From: Bacteroidales bacterium
Lineage (GTDB): Bacteria > Bacteroidota > Bacteroidia > Bacteroidales > WCHB1-69
Assembly: GCA_017651425.1 (NCBI GenBank)
Contig: JAGCCZ010000062.1
Span: 24,564-88,563, forward strand
Length of the DNA stretch: 64,000 bases
Direction: 5' to 3'
Position numbers and translations under genes: made by a program. The notes under the pieces were generated by a model. It saw nothing but the letters and a program-made list of their open reading frames with translations, was not told where the DNA came from and made no database searches. This document shows, one piece after another, positions 1-10,427 of this stretch; within the stretch, counting starts at the first letter, position 1, and each line of letters begins with the position of its first letter.

Positions 1-3000
1 CGTGCGGCAGCAGTTCGTGCTTGGGGATGACGCGAATGACACAATCCCATAATCCAACATTCTTGGCATCAAGGGAGAATTGGTAGTGCGCCACTCCCTT
101 GTCGCAGGAGATGAGCGTGAGAGGCGCTTTTGAGAAGAGGTGGATACGGCCGCTTTCATCTCTCTCAGCGAAGAGCATCTCAACCTTTAAGTCGTCGGGA
201 GAGAGAGTTCCGATGCGGAGATCGAGTGTGAGATTCAGGGCCTCGCCCACGTAGAAGGTGTTTTTGGCGGGGTGGCTGTATTGGATGTCAAGGCGTTTGA
301 GGTCTCCCCAGCCCGCCACGATTTTCTCTTTCCACCGCAACAGCTGGCGCACGTTGTGAAGATTGTCGGCGCGCAGCGTGTCGGTGCGACGCTCCAGCTT
401 GTGGTAGAACTTGTCGTAATAGTCGTCCATCTGGCGCTTCATCGTGTAGTGAGGCGAGATTTTGGCGAAGCAATCCTTCATCATGCGCACCCAGTCGGTG
501 GGTATGCCTTCGGCAGTGCGGGTGTAGAAGGCGGGAATGATCTCCTCTTCGATGGTGGAGTAGAGCGTGGCGGCATCCAGCTCGTCTTGTAGCCGGTTGT
601 CGCGGTAGGTGATCTGCTCCTTGATGGCCCAGCCGGCGCCCGGCACATAGCCCTCGGCCCACCAGCCGTCCAGGACGCTGAAGTTGAGCACACCGTTCAT
701 CACGGCCTTCTCGCCGCTGGTGCCGGAGGCCTCCAACGGGCGGGTGGGCGTGTTGAGCCAGACATCGCAGCCGGAGACCAGCTTCTTGGCGAGAATCATG
801 TCATAGTTCTCCACAAAGATGATCTTTCCGATAAATTGCGGCTTGCGCGCCAACTCGATGATGCGTGTGATGAGGTCTTGGCCAGCCTTGTCGTGCGGGT
901 GAGCTTTCCCGGCAAAGATGAACTGCACAGGATTCTTTTCGTTGCATAAGATCTGGCGCAGCCGCTCCTCGTCGGTAAAGAGCAGATGGGCACGCTTGTA
1001 GGTGGCAAAACGGCGGGCAAAGCCGATGGTCAGCACGTCGCTGCGGATGGCCTTCAGGGTGCTGGCAATCAGGGCCGGCGACTCGTTGCGACGGCGCATC
1101 TGCTCATTGAGCAGCTCCTTGACAGCGACAATCATGTCATGCCGCAACTCGTCTTTGATTTGCCAGATTCGGTAATCCTTTACATTATATATTTTGTTCC
1201 AGATTACCGGGTTGGAGCGATCGTGCTCAAACTCGGGGCCGAAGGTGTCGTAGTGCAGCTCCTGCCATCTCTTGTGCGCCCAAGTGGGGTAGTGGACGCC
1301 GTTGGTGACGTAGCCGATGTGCGACTCTTCGGCGAACCGGCCTTCGTAAAGGTCTGCGAACATCTCCTGGGACACCCGCCCGTGGATGCGGCTCACACCG
1401 TTGATCTCTTGCGAAAGGTGACAGGCTAAGATGCTCATCGAGAACTTGTCGTTGGTGTAGTCCTCGCGTTTGCGGCCAAAGCCCATGAAGGTTTCCCATG
1501 TGATGTTGTAGCGGGCAGGATAGGAGGCGAAATAGGTGCGCATCAGATCTTCGCTGAAGGCATCGTGACCGGCGGGCACCGGCGTGTGTGTCGTGTAAAG
1601 CGACGAGGCTTTCACCAACTCAATGGCCATGGACATGTTGACATGCTCGTTCTGCATGATGTCATATACTCGCTCCAAGTTGAGGAAGGCGGCATGGCCT
1701 TCGTTGAGGTGGAACAATTCCGGTTTCTCACCGATCAAGTTGAGCATCCTCATGCCGCCAATGCCGAGCAACAGTTCCTGTTTGAGGCGGTTCTCTTGGT
1801 CGCCGCCGTAAAGCGTGGCGGTGACACCGCGGTCCTCGTGCCAGTTTTCATTGAAGTCAGTGTCAAGCAGGTAGAGGGGAATGCGGCCGACATCCACGCG
1901 CCAAATGCGGGCGTAGAGGTTTCGTCCGGGCAGGGCGAGGCTAACTTTCATCCAGTCACCGTTCTCGTCTTTCAAAGGCTTGATGGGCAGTTTGGAGAAA
2001 CTTTGCGGCGGATAGAGGTTGACTTGCTCGCCGCGGGCAGAGATCTGTTGGGTGAAATAGCCGTAGCGGTATAGCAGGCCCACGCCCAGCATGTTGACAT
2101 TGCAGTCGGAGGCCTCCTTGAGGTAGTCGCCTGCTAACATGCCCAGACCGCCGGAGAAGATCTTCAATTCGTTGGTGATGCCGAATTCCATGCTGAAATA
2201 GGCGATCCGTTTCTCGGGTCGTGAGCATGGCGTATCCATGTAGGTGCGGAATTGGTTATAGACGGCATCCAGTTTGGAGAGGTAAACTTCGTTTTGGGAG
2301 AAGTTCTCCAACCGGTCGATGGGAAGCATTTGCAACAGATAGACAGGGTTTTCGTTGCAAAGGCGCCAGAGACTGGGACCTGCAATCTCCTCGAAGAGTT
2401 CGCGTGCCTCGAAGTTCCAGCTCCACCAGACATTCTCGGAGAGGCGTTCCAGCTTCTCGAGGGCGCTTGGCAGGTGCGATTTGATGGAAATGCGATGCCA
2501 TTCGGGCATCTCACGGTTGATGTGCTCCACAAAACGCCCCATGTTAGAGGTCTTGTTCTGATAGAGCTCGTAGCGCAGGTCGCTCTTGCCGAGGGCGATG
2601 TCGTAGGCGGCCAGATAATTGTCGTAAAGATGTGCCCAAAGTGCATGTTGGGCGATTTCGACGGCCTTTGCGTCAATTTCCTTTTTGCAAGTGGCATCAC
2701 ACTGGCTGTAGAAGGAGATGGCCTTTGCGATGTCCTTGACAACCTCGTCGTCATTGTCGTCGGTGCGCTCGATTACGCAAACGCTTTGCTGGTTCTGGAA
2801 ATTGTCGCGCACCCAAAGCCCGAAACCGGCCAAGGAGGTGGTGACGGAGGGCACGCCGAAGGCGATGCTCTCCAACGGAGTGTATCCCCACGGTTCGTAG
2901 TATGAGGGGAACACGCTGAGGTCGAAGCCGATGAGCAGGTCGTAGTACGACAGGTTGAAGATGCCGTCCTCGCCGTCGAGATATACGGGCACGAACACGG

Positions 3001-4186
3001 CTTTCACCTTCTGCTCGGGAGCGTTGGTGATATTGTTCTCGCGCAAGGCGCGGATGATGGGGTCGTTGAAGGGGTCGTGCAGCACATGGGTGGCGTAATC
3101 CCCCATGACGGGTGTGCTGCCGATAGGCTGTTGCATCTTGCGGAGGAGTTCTTCCCGGCGTCCGCTGTTGCCAGCAGGCACGGTGAGGAAGGCCACGACC
3201 GTGCGGTCCGAGTTCTGCTGGGAGAGCTGCGCTAAACTGCGGATGAAAACATCGATGCCTTTGTTCTTGAACTCATAGCGGCCGCTGTTGACGACCAGTA
3301 GAGCGTCGTCGGGCAGCTCCTGTTGCATCAGCGAGGAGGCAACGTGCAGGAGCGTTTTGCGGGCGACGGCGCGCTTGGTGGTATATTCGTCGCCTGTGGG
3401 TACAAAGCCGTTCTCGAAGCCGTTGATGGTGATCACGTCGGCGGGCTTGCAGAAGAAGGCTGCACACTCCTTGTTGGTGATGTCGCTGACGGTGGTGTAG
3501 GCATCGGCGTGCTTCGCGGAGAGGGACTCCAGGGAGAACTTGGACTGCACACCGAAGCGGTGCGCGGTTTCGGCAGGTGCATATTGCTTTATGTCGCCGT
3601 AGAGAGGCAGGCCGTTGCCGGCGATGCAGCGCCCTAACACTGTGGCATGTGTGGTGAAGACGGTGGCAATCTGCGGCACCACGCGCTCAAGGTGCAGAAT
3701 GCCCGTGCCAGTCATCCACTCGTGAAAATGGGCCACAATCTTGTCCATGGAGCTGCAATGGAAATTGTAGAAACTCTCGATTACCCGCCCGGCTGCATAA
3801 CCGAACAGGGCCGGCTCGATGTAATCCCATTGTCCGGAGATGGAATCCAACTGGTAGGAGAGCCAGAATTGGGTGAGAATATCGTTTTTCTTCTCAAAGA
3901 AAGGTGTGAAGTCAACGAGGATGACCACCGGGGAACCGCAGATGTCCCAGCGTCCTACGCGCACCTTGAGACCTTCTGTCTGTGCGGTTTCGCGCCAGCT
4001 GCGGTAGAGGTCGTGGTCCTCGATGAAATCGTCGTTGTGTTCCTTGGAAATGTCAGGCCCTACGCAAAGATAGCGGTCGTGAAACTGTTGGACCACTGTG
4101 GCGGCCTTGGTTGACAAAACAGTATAGATACCGCCCACTTTGTTACATACTTCCCAGGCGGTTTCGAAAATGTAATCAGCACTCAT
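1..4186 (-). CDS. glycogen synthase (GT3-like N-terminal half) fused to alpha-glucan phosphorylase (GT35-like C-terminal half); 3' end runs off the left edge
   Basis: Absent from the ORF track because it is open to position 1. No listed minus ORF occupies its frame. My reverse-strand translation from ATG 4186..4184 gives MSADYIFETAWEVCNKVGGIYTVLSTKA, HFHEWMTG and TTHATVLGR (eukaryote-type glycogen synthase). It continues with GGLGMLAGDYLKEASD, EGHAAF, TTHTPVPAGHD, GKAHPHD and EASGTSGEKA (alpha-glucan phosphorylase). Confidence 0.8.
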   Translation of the reverse strand, partial: MSADYIFETAWEVCNKVGGIYTVLSTKAATVVQQFHDRYLCVGPDISKEHNDDFIEDHDLYRSWRETAQTEGLKVRVGRWDICGSPVVILVDFTPFFEKKNDILTQFWLSYQLDSISGQWDYIEPALFGYAAGRVIESFYNFHCSSMDKIVAHFHEWMTGTGILHLERVVPQIATVFTTHATVLGRCIAGNGLPLYGDIKQYAPAETAHRFGVQSKFSLESLSAKHADAYTTVSDITNKECAAFFCKPADVITINGFENGFVPTGDEYTTKRAVARKTLLHVASSLMQQELPDDALLVVNSGRYEFKNKGIDVFIRSLAQLSQQNSDRTVVAFLTVPAGNSGRREELLRKMQQPIGSTPVMGDYATHVLHDPFNDPIIRALRENNITNAPEQKVKAVFVPVYLDGEDGIFNLSYYDLLIGFDLSVFPSYYEPWGYTPLESIAFGVPSVTTSLAGFGLWVRDNFQNQQSVCVIERTDDNDDEVVKDIAKAISFYSQCDATCKKEIDAKAVEIAQHALWAHLYDNYLAAYDIALGKSDLRYELYQNKTSNMGRFVEHINREMPEWHRISIKSHLPSALEKLERLSENVWWSWNFEARELFEEIAGPSLWRLCNENPVYLLQMLPIDRLENFSQNEVYLSKLDAVYNQFRTYMDTPCSRPEKRIAYFSMEFGITNELKIFSGGLGMLAGDYLKEASDCNVNMLGVGLLYRYGYFTQQISARGEQVNLYPPQSFSKLPIKPLKDENGDWMKVSLALPGRNLYARIWRVDVGRIPLYLLDTDFNENWHEDRGVTATLYGGDQENRLKQELLLGIGGMRMLNLIGEKPELFHLNEGHAAFLNLERVYDIMQNEHVNMSMAIELVKASSLYTTHTPVPAGHDAFSEDLMRTYFASYPARYNITWETFMGFGRKREDYTNDKFSMSILACHLSQEINGVSRIHGRVSQEMFADLYEGRFAEESHIGYVTNGVHYPTWAHKRWQELHYDTFGPEFEHDRSNPVIWNKIYNVKDYRIWQIKDELRHDMIVAVKELLNEQMRRRNESPALIASTLKAIRSDVLTIGFARRFATYKRAHLLFTDEERLRQILCNEKNPVQFIFAGKAHPHDKAGQDLITRIIELARKPQFIGKIIFVENYDMILAKKLVSGCDVWLNTPTRPLEASGTSGEKAVMNGVLNFSVLDGWWAEGYVPGAGWAIKEQITYRDNRLQDELDAATLYSTIEEEIIPAFYTRTAEGIPTDWVRMMKDCFAKISPHYTMKRQMDDYYDKFYHKLERRTDTLRADNLHNVRQLLRWKEKIVAGWGDLKRLDIQYSHPAKNTFYVGEALNLTLDLRIGTLSPDDLKVEMLFAERDESGRIHLFSKAPLTLISCDKGVAHYQFSLDAKNVGLWDCVIRVIPKHELLPH

Positions 4187-4201
4187 ATTCAGGGGTTGGA
4201 A

Positions 4202-5365
4202 TTAAAGGCCGCAAAAATACGAAAAAATGTGATTGGCAGCCCATGCCGAATGTTGATTTTGCCTATTCGGTGTCAATTCCAGCACCGTGATCTCGCTGCG
4301 GGTGCCGAGGCGCATGGGCGGGCCGAAGGTGCCGGTGCCGCAGGAGGTGTAGGCCTGCATCTTCCCGTAATGATACAGCCCGCGGTTGAACTGGAAGAGG
4401 CGGTCGTTGACCCAGATGAGCGGGATGAGCTGGCCGCCATGCGTGTGGCCGCCTAAATAGAGGTCCACGCCTGCCTGCTCCAGATAGTGGCCGCCACTGG
4501 GATTGTGGTGCAAGGCGATCACGGGCAGCTCGCGACTGGCCCGGAAGGTGTCGCACACGCTCTGTATGGTGGCCTCGCCCACGGGCGCATGCATGGAGTT
4601 CCGGTCGCTGCCGTCGATGCGCATGTAGTCCAAACCGAGAATCTGCAGGCCGTGCTCCTCCACGACTTCCGTTTCCAGCACTCGGATGCCGGTTTCGCGC
4701 AACAGCTGCTTGACCTGCGCCAAGTCCACATAGCCGTCGTGGTTGCCCGACACGAAATAGATGGGAGCCTTGATCTGCTTGAACGGCTCCAAGGTCTTGG
4801 TGCTGAGGTTGTAGTGGCTCTCAAAGCAGTCGCCTGTGAAGAAGACGATTTCAGGGTCCGCCTGGTTGATGAGATTTACTAACTTCTGAACATGCAGCAC
4901 GCCGCGAAAATGGCCGAGGTGCGTGTCTGTCAGCAGCACGGCGCGCATGGGCTTCTGTAGTTTGGGCAACTCAATGGTCACAGGTTTGAGCCGAGGCAGG
5001 AATGCGTTGATTGTCGCACCTGTGCAGACAATCGCCGTCAGCGAAAAGACGATGACGCCGAAGGTCTTGGGTGTCCAGTGCGCGAATAGTTGTGCCAAAT
5101 CTATGATGAGCATCGACAGGAGCAGGTAGAGCAAGATGCCCGTCATCTCACTGAAAATGCGCACTGCAGCGTGCATAAAGGGTTGGCAGGTCCACTCTCG
5201 TACCGCTGCGAAGGTGAAAAAGAACGAAGCTGTCAGCAGAAGGGTGTAAAGCAGGGTGAAGGGCCATGTCTTGCAGCCGAATATGAAGGCTGTGCGTCGC
5301 GAAAGATACCAAATTGCAACGCCTATGATGGCCAAGAAAAAGAAAAATGCCAGTGAGTTTCTCAT
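4202..5365 (-). CDS. membrane-anchored metallophosphoesterase
   Basis: Motifs LTDTHLGH, TGDCFE, SGNHDG and GGHTHGGQ follow a hydrophobic N-terminal region. The track ORF extends to 5557, but those 64 extra codons overlap the next gene. ATG at 5365 begins MRNSLAFFFFLAIIG. Confidence 0.8.
   Translation of the reverse strand: MRNSLAFFFFLAIIGVAIWYLSRRTAFIFGCKTWPFTLLYTLLLTASFFFTFAAVREWTCQPFMHAAVRIFSEMTGILLYLLLSMLIIDLAQLFAHWTPKTFGVIVFSLTAIVCTGATINAFLPRLKPVTIELPKLQKPMRAVLLTDTHLGHFRGVLHVQKLVNLINQADPEIVFFTGDCFESHYNLSTKTLEPFKQIKAPIYFVSGNHDGYVDLAQVKQLLRETGIRVLETEVVEEHGLQILGLDYMRIDGSDRNSMHAPVGEATIQSVCDTFRASRELPVIALHHNPSGGHYLEQAGVDLYLGGHTHGGQLIPLIWVNDRLFQFNRGLYHYGKMQAYTSCGTGTFGPPMRLGTRSEITVLELTPNRQNQHSAWAANHIFSYFCGL
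4212..4219 (-). promoter_or_regulatory. -7 promoter box TATTTTTG (TAnnTTTG)
   Basis: 25 nt upstream of the glycogen-enzyme ATG. Confidence 0.55.
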
Positions 5366-5448
5366 GAGGGTCGTTTTAGGGACAAATCTGTTAATGTGTT
5401 TTTGGGGATGTAGGTTGGCCGCATCCTCGACTGCCGATGCGCCTGGGA

Positions 5449-6603
5449 TTATAAATGAGGTGTCAAAGTTTTGATGTTCACCGTAATACAGTATTGCGTC
5501 TCCTCGTCCACGGGCGTGAGGGCCAAGAAACCTTCGCGCCACCGGCCGTCCTCGCAAACCATCTTGGGCTGCGCCTGCACATAACTTAGCAACTCGCCTC
5601 GCGCGGGCCGATACTCTAATTGCATCGTGCCCACAGACTGCGGGTGTACGTGCCGCTCGTATAAGATGTGCGCCGCCATGCCCATCGTCATCCGCAGGTT
5701 GATCTCAACCATCGGATTTAAAATATAGTTGCGATCCGTTGAATTTTTGATTTTATGGTTTGAATTTTGAAACACCATCATGTCCACTCCCACGCATCCC
5801 GTGTATGTTGGCTGTATATCCTTTTTGATAAACTTGACAAGGGCGTTGCGTACCGAATAAAGATTTTTAAGGTCAATCCATTGTGAAAGAATTAGTTCGA
5901 TATCGTTGTCGCTGCGCAACTCATTGCCGGCATAGCCGTAGTGGCGGGTGCGGAAGAGCGAGTACCCCGCAAAGCGCACTTCCTGTGGAGTACATTGGAA
6001 TTCCATGGCGAAGTCCTGCACCACATCGTACAGGGGTTCGCCCAGCAGGGCGCCCTGTCGGCGGAGCACGCCCTCGCTTTGGCGTCGCAGGGTGGGGGTG
6101 AAGTCGCCGTGGACGTATAGGTTGCCGCGCCCGTTGCCGGAGTACGGCGACTTGAGGATGCAATCGTGCTCTTCGGCGATGAACAGGGCCACGGCATCCA
6201 TCGTGGTGAGCAGGCGGGCAGCAGGTGGTAACGGTAGGCCTGGACACTTGTGGTGGAGAAATTCCATGGCACGGATGGAGGTGCCGCGGTGGGCCAGCTC
6301 GCGAAGCTGCTGTAGAGTCGTGTCGTTGGGCAGCAGGCTTTCGTCAACACCTGCCGCACGCAGTTGCTGGCGCACAAGACGGTCCCAGCCCCACGGACGC
6401 ACGGCCGTGATGGGTGTCGCGGGAAGCTCAGAAGTGGTGTCTGCGTATGGCAAGAAGAGCATGTCTCCCTCGTCGGTCAGGTGGCGCAGAAAGGGAGCGC
6501 ACTCATGGGCGAAGCGTATGGCAGACTGCAGCGGCACGAAATGGTCGCTGTCATGAGCCAGTGCATAGTCGTGCTCCGGATTGAAGATGTAAAGAGCTGA
6601 CAC
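5449..6603 (-). CDS. conserved hypothetical protein, ATP-grasp-like
   Basis: 384-aa ORF with a GTG start (cac at 6601..6603). KSPYSGNGRGN, GVDMMVF and NPMVEINLRMTMG resemble ATP-grasp strands. No firm family assignment. Confidence 0.5.
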   Translation of the reverse strand: MSALYIFNPEHDYALAHDSDHFVPLQSAIRFAHECAPFLRHLTDEGDMLFLPYADTTSELPATPITAVRPWGWDRLVRQQLRAAGVDESLLPNDTTLQQLRELAHRGTSIRAMEFLHHKCPGLPLPPAARLLTTMDAVALFIAEEHDCILKSPYSGNGRGNLYVHGDFTPTLRRQSEGVLRRQGALLGEPLYDVVQDFAMEFQCTPQEVRFAGYSLFRTRHYGYAGNELRSDNDIELILSQWIDLKNLYSVRNALVKFIKKDIQPTYTGCVGVDMMVFQNSNHKIKNSTDRNYILNPMVEINLRMTMGMAAHILYERHVHPQSVGTMQLEYRPARGELLSYVQAQPKMVCEDGRWREGFLALTPVDEETQYCITVNIKTLTPHL

Positions 6604-6679
6604 TTGATGCTATTTTCCTGTTGAGAGGCCGGTGCGAAACCAGTGCCCCTGCTTTGCGTGTTGGTCTTTTACAAACAGT

Positions 6680-7000
6680 TTAGCTCACCCTCACTGCTGT
6701 TCCGGAGGCGGTGACCATGAGCATGCCGTTGTTGGCGCCAAGGACTTCATAGTCGATGTCGATGCCTACCACGGCATCGGCACCCATTTGGGCAGCGCGT
6801 CTTTCAAGTTCGTCAAGAGCCTTTTCGCGTGCTTCAAGAAGTTCTTTTTCATAGGAGCTGGAGCGCCCGCCGATGACGTTGCGAATGCCGGCGGCCCAGT
6901 CTTTGATGAAGTTCACGCCGGTGATCACTTCGCCGAATACGACGCCTTTGTATTCGTAAATCTGTTTGCCCTCGATGGAGGGAGTGGTTGTGAGGATCAT
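6680..7000 (-). CDS. YbjQ/UPF0145 family protein
   Basis: 106 aa: [48 protein letters not shown] is the typical full-length family pattern. Confidence 0.9.
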   Translation of the reverse strand: MILTTTPSIEGKQIYEYKGVVFGEVITGVNFIKDWAAGIRNVIGGRSSSYEKELLEAREKALDELERRAAQMGADAVVGIDIDYEVLGANNGMLMVTASGTAVRVS

Positions 7001-7053
7001 TGTGGTATGGTTTTAGGTTTTAGAAGAGTTCTTGAATAGTTTCAGATTCCCAC

Positions 7054-7395
7054 TCAATCCACGTACCGTCCGTTTGCCCAGACGACCCGCACCACGCGGG
7101 CGCTCTCGTAGAAATCGGCGCAGTTGCCATCACCGTGGCCGGAGATGCCGCCAAAAGTGGCCATCAGCGTGCCGTTGACGGAGAAGAGGTAGTCCATGCC
7201 GTCTGAGATGTCGCTGCGTCCGCAGAAGAAATAGACGGTGTTGCTGTGGTATTGGCACTCGTCCACGCGCTGGATGACGTTGGAATATTGTGAGATGCGG
7301 TTTCTGATGGCGCTGGGCACGCTGCTCGACGTGTCGCTGCAGCCTGCCATAATCAAACAGGTTGCCATGATGATGAGAGTGAAAAAACGTTTCAT
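7054..7395 (-). CDS. hypothetical lipoprotein
   Basis: Signal peptide plus lipobox MKRFFTLIIMATCLIMAGCSD. A -7 box lies 20 nt upstream. Confidence 0.6.
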   Translation of the reverse strand: MKRFFTLIIMATCLIMAGCSDTSSSVPSAIRNRISQYSNVIQRVDECQYHSNTVYFFCGRSDISDGMDYLFSVNGTLMATFGGISGHGDGNCADFYESARVVRVVWANGRYVD

Positions 7396-7415
7396 TGCAA
7401 TTTTTTTTGAGGCTA

Positions 7416-7423
7416 CAAAAATA
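7416..7423 (-). promoter_or_regulatory. -7 promoter box TATTTTTG
   Basis: 20 nt upstream of ATG 7395. Confidence 0.55.
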
Positions 7424-7476
7424 ATAAAAAAATGGCAGGTTCAAATGTGCATTGCAAAGGGCGATTTCGTCGCGAT

Positions 7477-7848
7477 TCAGGCATCCTCCAATGCTCTCTT
7501 CGCTTCCGTTCGGTCTTTCGCCAGTTGCGCAGAAAGTGCTTCCCAACTGTCGAACACCTGCTCGGGGCGCAGTTGCTTCACAATCACGAATACCACCTCC
7601 TGACCGTACAGGTCGCCCGTGAAGTCAAAGATGTTTATCTCGTATGTCAACTCGCTGAGCGATAGGGTAGGGCGCGTGCCTACATAAAGCATTCCTTCAT
7701 GTCGTTTTCCGTCAATATACACCCATACGGCATAGACACCTTTTTCCAACTCCGGGGGCGTGTCGGGCTGCACGTTGGCGGTCGGGAAGCCGAACTTGCG
7801 TCCGTTTCCAAGCCCATGGATGACGGTGCCGGTGATGAGGTCGTTCAT
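7477..7848 (-). CDS. riboflavin kinase (stand-alone RibF C-terminal-type domain)
   Basis: GTVIHGLGNGRKFGFPTANV, GVYAVWV, VGTRPT, NIFDFTGDLYGQEV and LRPEQVFDS..L..QL..D. Confidence 0.8.
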   Translation of the reverse strand: MNDLITGTVIHGLGNGRKFGFPTANVQPDTPPELEKGVYAVWVYIDGKRHEGMLYVGTRPTLSLSELTYEINIFDFTGDLYGQEVVFVIVKQLRPEQVFDSWEALSAQLAKDRTEAKRALEDA

Positions 7849-7899
7849 GTGGGTCTGATGTTTATAGATTATGGTTGAAACCTGAAACTTGAAACCAGC

Positions 7900-8754
7900 T
7901 CATTCGCCCGTGTCGTACAGCGCCCTTTCGATGACCAACGGCATGCGTTTGCGCTTGAATTCGGATTTGCGATGGCGGGTCAGCACGCGCTCCACGGTCT
8001 CCGCGCCGTAGGCATCCGACAGGCGTTTCATCTCCTGCGTGTCGTCGCCGTGCTGCAGGTAGCTGTTCAGGATGTCGTCCACCTCCTCGTAGGTGTGTCC
8101 GGGGGCTATCTGGGCCATGTCGCCGCCGGCCGCCACGGCGTTGCCGTCGGTGGGCGTGATGTCGTAGGCGGCGCGCAGGGCCTGGTGGCGTGGGGTGCTT
8201 TCGTCGGTGTGGACTTCGGTGAAGAGGTACTTGCAAAGCTCGTAAACCTCATGCTTCCACAGCCCGCCGATGGGGTTGTAGTCGGCCACGTCGCCATGGA
8301 TGGTCCAGAAGCCGAGATAGTGTTCCGTCAGGTTGTCGGTGTCCATGACAAGTCCGCCGGTCACCGAGGCGAGGTTGTAGAGGTAGATCATGCGCAGGCG
8401 GGCCTTGATGTTGCCCTGCGAGACGGGTGTCGAGGGATAGCGCTGCTCGCAGGTGGCCTTCACTAACAGGTACTGCGCCTGCAGGTTCTCCACCCAGTAT
8501 TCGTCGCAGAAGGCTTTCATGGCCAAGCTGGCCGAGTCGTTCTCCTCGGCGGAGTTCGACGAGCAGGGCATGCTGACGCCGATGAACTTGAACTGCCGTT
8601 CGGGATAGCGCGTCACCACTTCGTGGCAGATGGCGGCCGTCACGGTGGAGTCGATTCCGCCGGAGAGACCCAGCACCATGGTCTTCAGACCGTTTTTGGT
8701 GAGATACCCGGCCGTCTCGCTCACCATGGTCTCAAATACTCTTTTATAGTTCAT
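7900..8754 (-). CDS. nadE: NAD+ synthetase
   Basis: PP-loop LGLSGGIDSTV and a 284-aa length typical of NadE-family proteins. Confidence 0.9.
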   Translation of the reverse strand: MNYKRVFETMVSETAGYLTKNGLKTMVLGLSGGIDSTVTAAICHEVVTRYPERQFKFIGVSMPCSSNSAEENDSASLAMKAFCDEYWVENLQAQYLLVKATCEQRYPSTPVSQGNIKARLRMIYLYNLASVTGGLVMDTDNLTEHYLGFWTIHGDVADYNPIGGLWKHEVYELCKYLFTEVHTDESTPRHQALRAAYDITPTDGNAVAAGGDMAQIAPGHTYEEVDDILNSYLQHGDDTQEMKRLSDAYGAETVERVLTRHRKSEFKRKRMPLVIERALYDTGE

Positions 8755-8790
8755 TGCTTTATAATTTATTGTCGGATTTATTCAAACCCG

Positions 8791-8798
8791 CAAAGATA
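8791..8798 (-). promoter_or_regulatory. -7 promoter box TATCTTTG
   Basis: 36 nt upstream of the nadE ATG. Confidence 0.6.
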
Positions 8799-8961
8799 CA
8801 AAAACTTTGTTTTTTGTCGATTATTCTTCCCCCTTCAGGATTCCTCCATCCGTGTTGTGCGCAATGTTTATTCTTTTTTTTATGTCTCGTGGCGGAATAT
8901 TGTCCGTTTCATGTCTTCATTTTTATAGTCTTAGTCCAATCCACCCAATTCGCCGACCCGA

Positions 8962-10416
8962 TTAGCCGACCGACCCCGACAACGTCAGGCTCAGCAGTTT
9001 CTGCGCCTCCACGGCAAACTCCATAGGGAGCTTGTTGAGGACCTCCTTGGCGTAGCCGTTCACAATCAGACTGATAGCGCTCTCCTGGTCTATGCCGCGC
9101 TGCTGGCAGTAAAAGAGCTGGTCTTCGGATATCTTGGAGGTGGTGGCCTCGTGCTCCAACACCGAGCTGGAGTTGGAGCAGTGAATGTCGGGCCAGGTGT
9201 GCGCGCCGCACTTGTCGCCCATCAGCAGCGAGTCGCACTGCGAGAAGTTGCGGGCGTTCTCGGCGTTCTTGCCCACCTTCACCAGTCCGCGGTAGCTGTT
9301 CTGACTGTGGCCGGCGGAGATGCCCTTGGAGACGATCAGGCTGCGGGTGTTGCGGCCCAGGTGGATCATCTTGGTGCCCGTGTCGGCCTGCTGGTAGTTG
9401 TTGGTGACGGCCACGGAGTAGAACTCGCCCACGCTGTTGTCGCCTTTGAGCACGCAGCCCGGATATTTCCAAGTGATGGCCGAGCCGGTCTCCACCTGAG
9501 TCCAGGAGATCTTGGAGTTGGCACCCTTGCAGAGGCCACGCTTGGTGACGAGGTTGTAGATGCCGCCGTTGCCGTTCTTGTCGCCCGGGTACCAGTTCTG
9601 CACAGTGGAATACTTGATCTCGGCATCCTTCATGGCGATGAGTTCGACCACGGCTGCGTGCAGTTGGTTCTCATCGCGTTGCGGGGCGGTGCAGCCCTCC
9701 ATGTAGCTCACGTATGCACCCTCATCGGCGATGAGCAACGTGCGCTCAAACTGGCCGGTCTTGGCCGCGTTGATGCGGAAATAGGTGGATAATTCTATAG
9801 GACAGCGCACGCCCTTGGGGATATAGCAGAAAGACCCTTCGCTGAAAACAGCGGAGTTCAACGCCGCGTAGAAGTTGTCGGTGTAGGGCACCACCGAGCC
9901 GATGTACTGGCGCACCAGATCGGGGTGCTGCTGGATGGCCTCGCCGAAAGAACAGAAGATGATACCGTACTTCTTCAGCGTGTCGGAGAAGGTCGTCTTC
10001 ACCGAGACGGAGTCCATGACGGCATCCACAGCCACGCCGGCCAGCACCTTTTGCTCCTCTAAGTTGATGCCTAACTTGTTGAAAGTATCGACCAGCTCGG
10101 GATCGACTTCGTCCATGCTGGCAAGTTGCTTTTTCTTCTTGGGAATGGCTAAATAGGTAATGTCCTGATAGTCAGGGCGCGGGAAATCAAGATGCCCCCA
10201 AGTCGGTTCTTTCAGCGTGAGCCAGTGGCGGTATGCCTTGAGACGGAATTCCAGCAGCCACTCGGGTTCGTTTTTGCGGGCGGAGATCATTCGCACGATC
10301 TCCTCACTAAGACCTTTGGGAAACTCCTCGATGTCGATGTCCGACACGAAGCCGTACTTGTAGTCTTGTTCGGTGATTTCTTCTAATATGTCTTTTCTTT
10401 CGGGTTCTTCTTTCAT
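8962..10416 (-). CDS. sufB: Fe-S cluster assembly protein SufB
   Basis: 484 aa. [10 protein letters not shown], the beta-helix region ..[17 protein letters not shown].. and [21 protein letters not shown] are characteristic of SufB. Confidence 0.95.
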   Translation of the reverse strand: MKEEPERKDILEEITEQDYKYGFVSDIDIEEFPKGLSEEIVRMISARKNEPEWLLEFRLKAYRHWLTLKEPTWGHLDFPRPDYQDITYLAIPKKKKQLASMDEVDPELVDTFNKLGINLEEQKVLAGVAVDAVMDSVSVKTTFSDTLKKYGIIFCSFGEAIQQHPDLVRQYIGSVVPYTDNFYAALNSAVFSEGSFCYIPKGVRCPIELSTYFRINAAKTGQFERTLLIADEGAYVSYMEGCTAPQRDENQLHAAVVELIAMKDAEIKYSTVQNWYPGDKNGNGGIYNLVTKRGLCKGANSKISWTQVETGSAITWKYPGCVLKGDNSVGEFYSVAVTNNYQQADTGTKMIHLGRNTRSLIVSKGISAGHSQNSYRGLVKVGKNAENARNFSQCDSLLMGDKCGAHTWPDIHCSNSSSVLEHEATTSKISEDQLFYCQQRGIDQESAISLIVNGYAKEVLNKLPMEFAVEAQKLLSLTLSGSVG

Positions 10417-10427
10417 TTTTCAGGGAT

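Noticed and set aside
272-4114. About 30 short ORFs listed across the first 4 kb.
   Set aside because: All are in frames other than the single long minus frame that encodes the glycogen synthase-phosphorylase fusion.
5366-5557. The N-terminal 64 codons of track ORF 4202..5557.
   Set aside because: They overlap the 3' end of gene 5449..6603 and encode a non-hydrophobic, Arg-rich stretch. ATG 5365 starts the membrane region cleanly.
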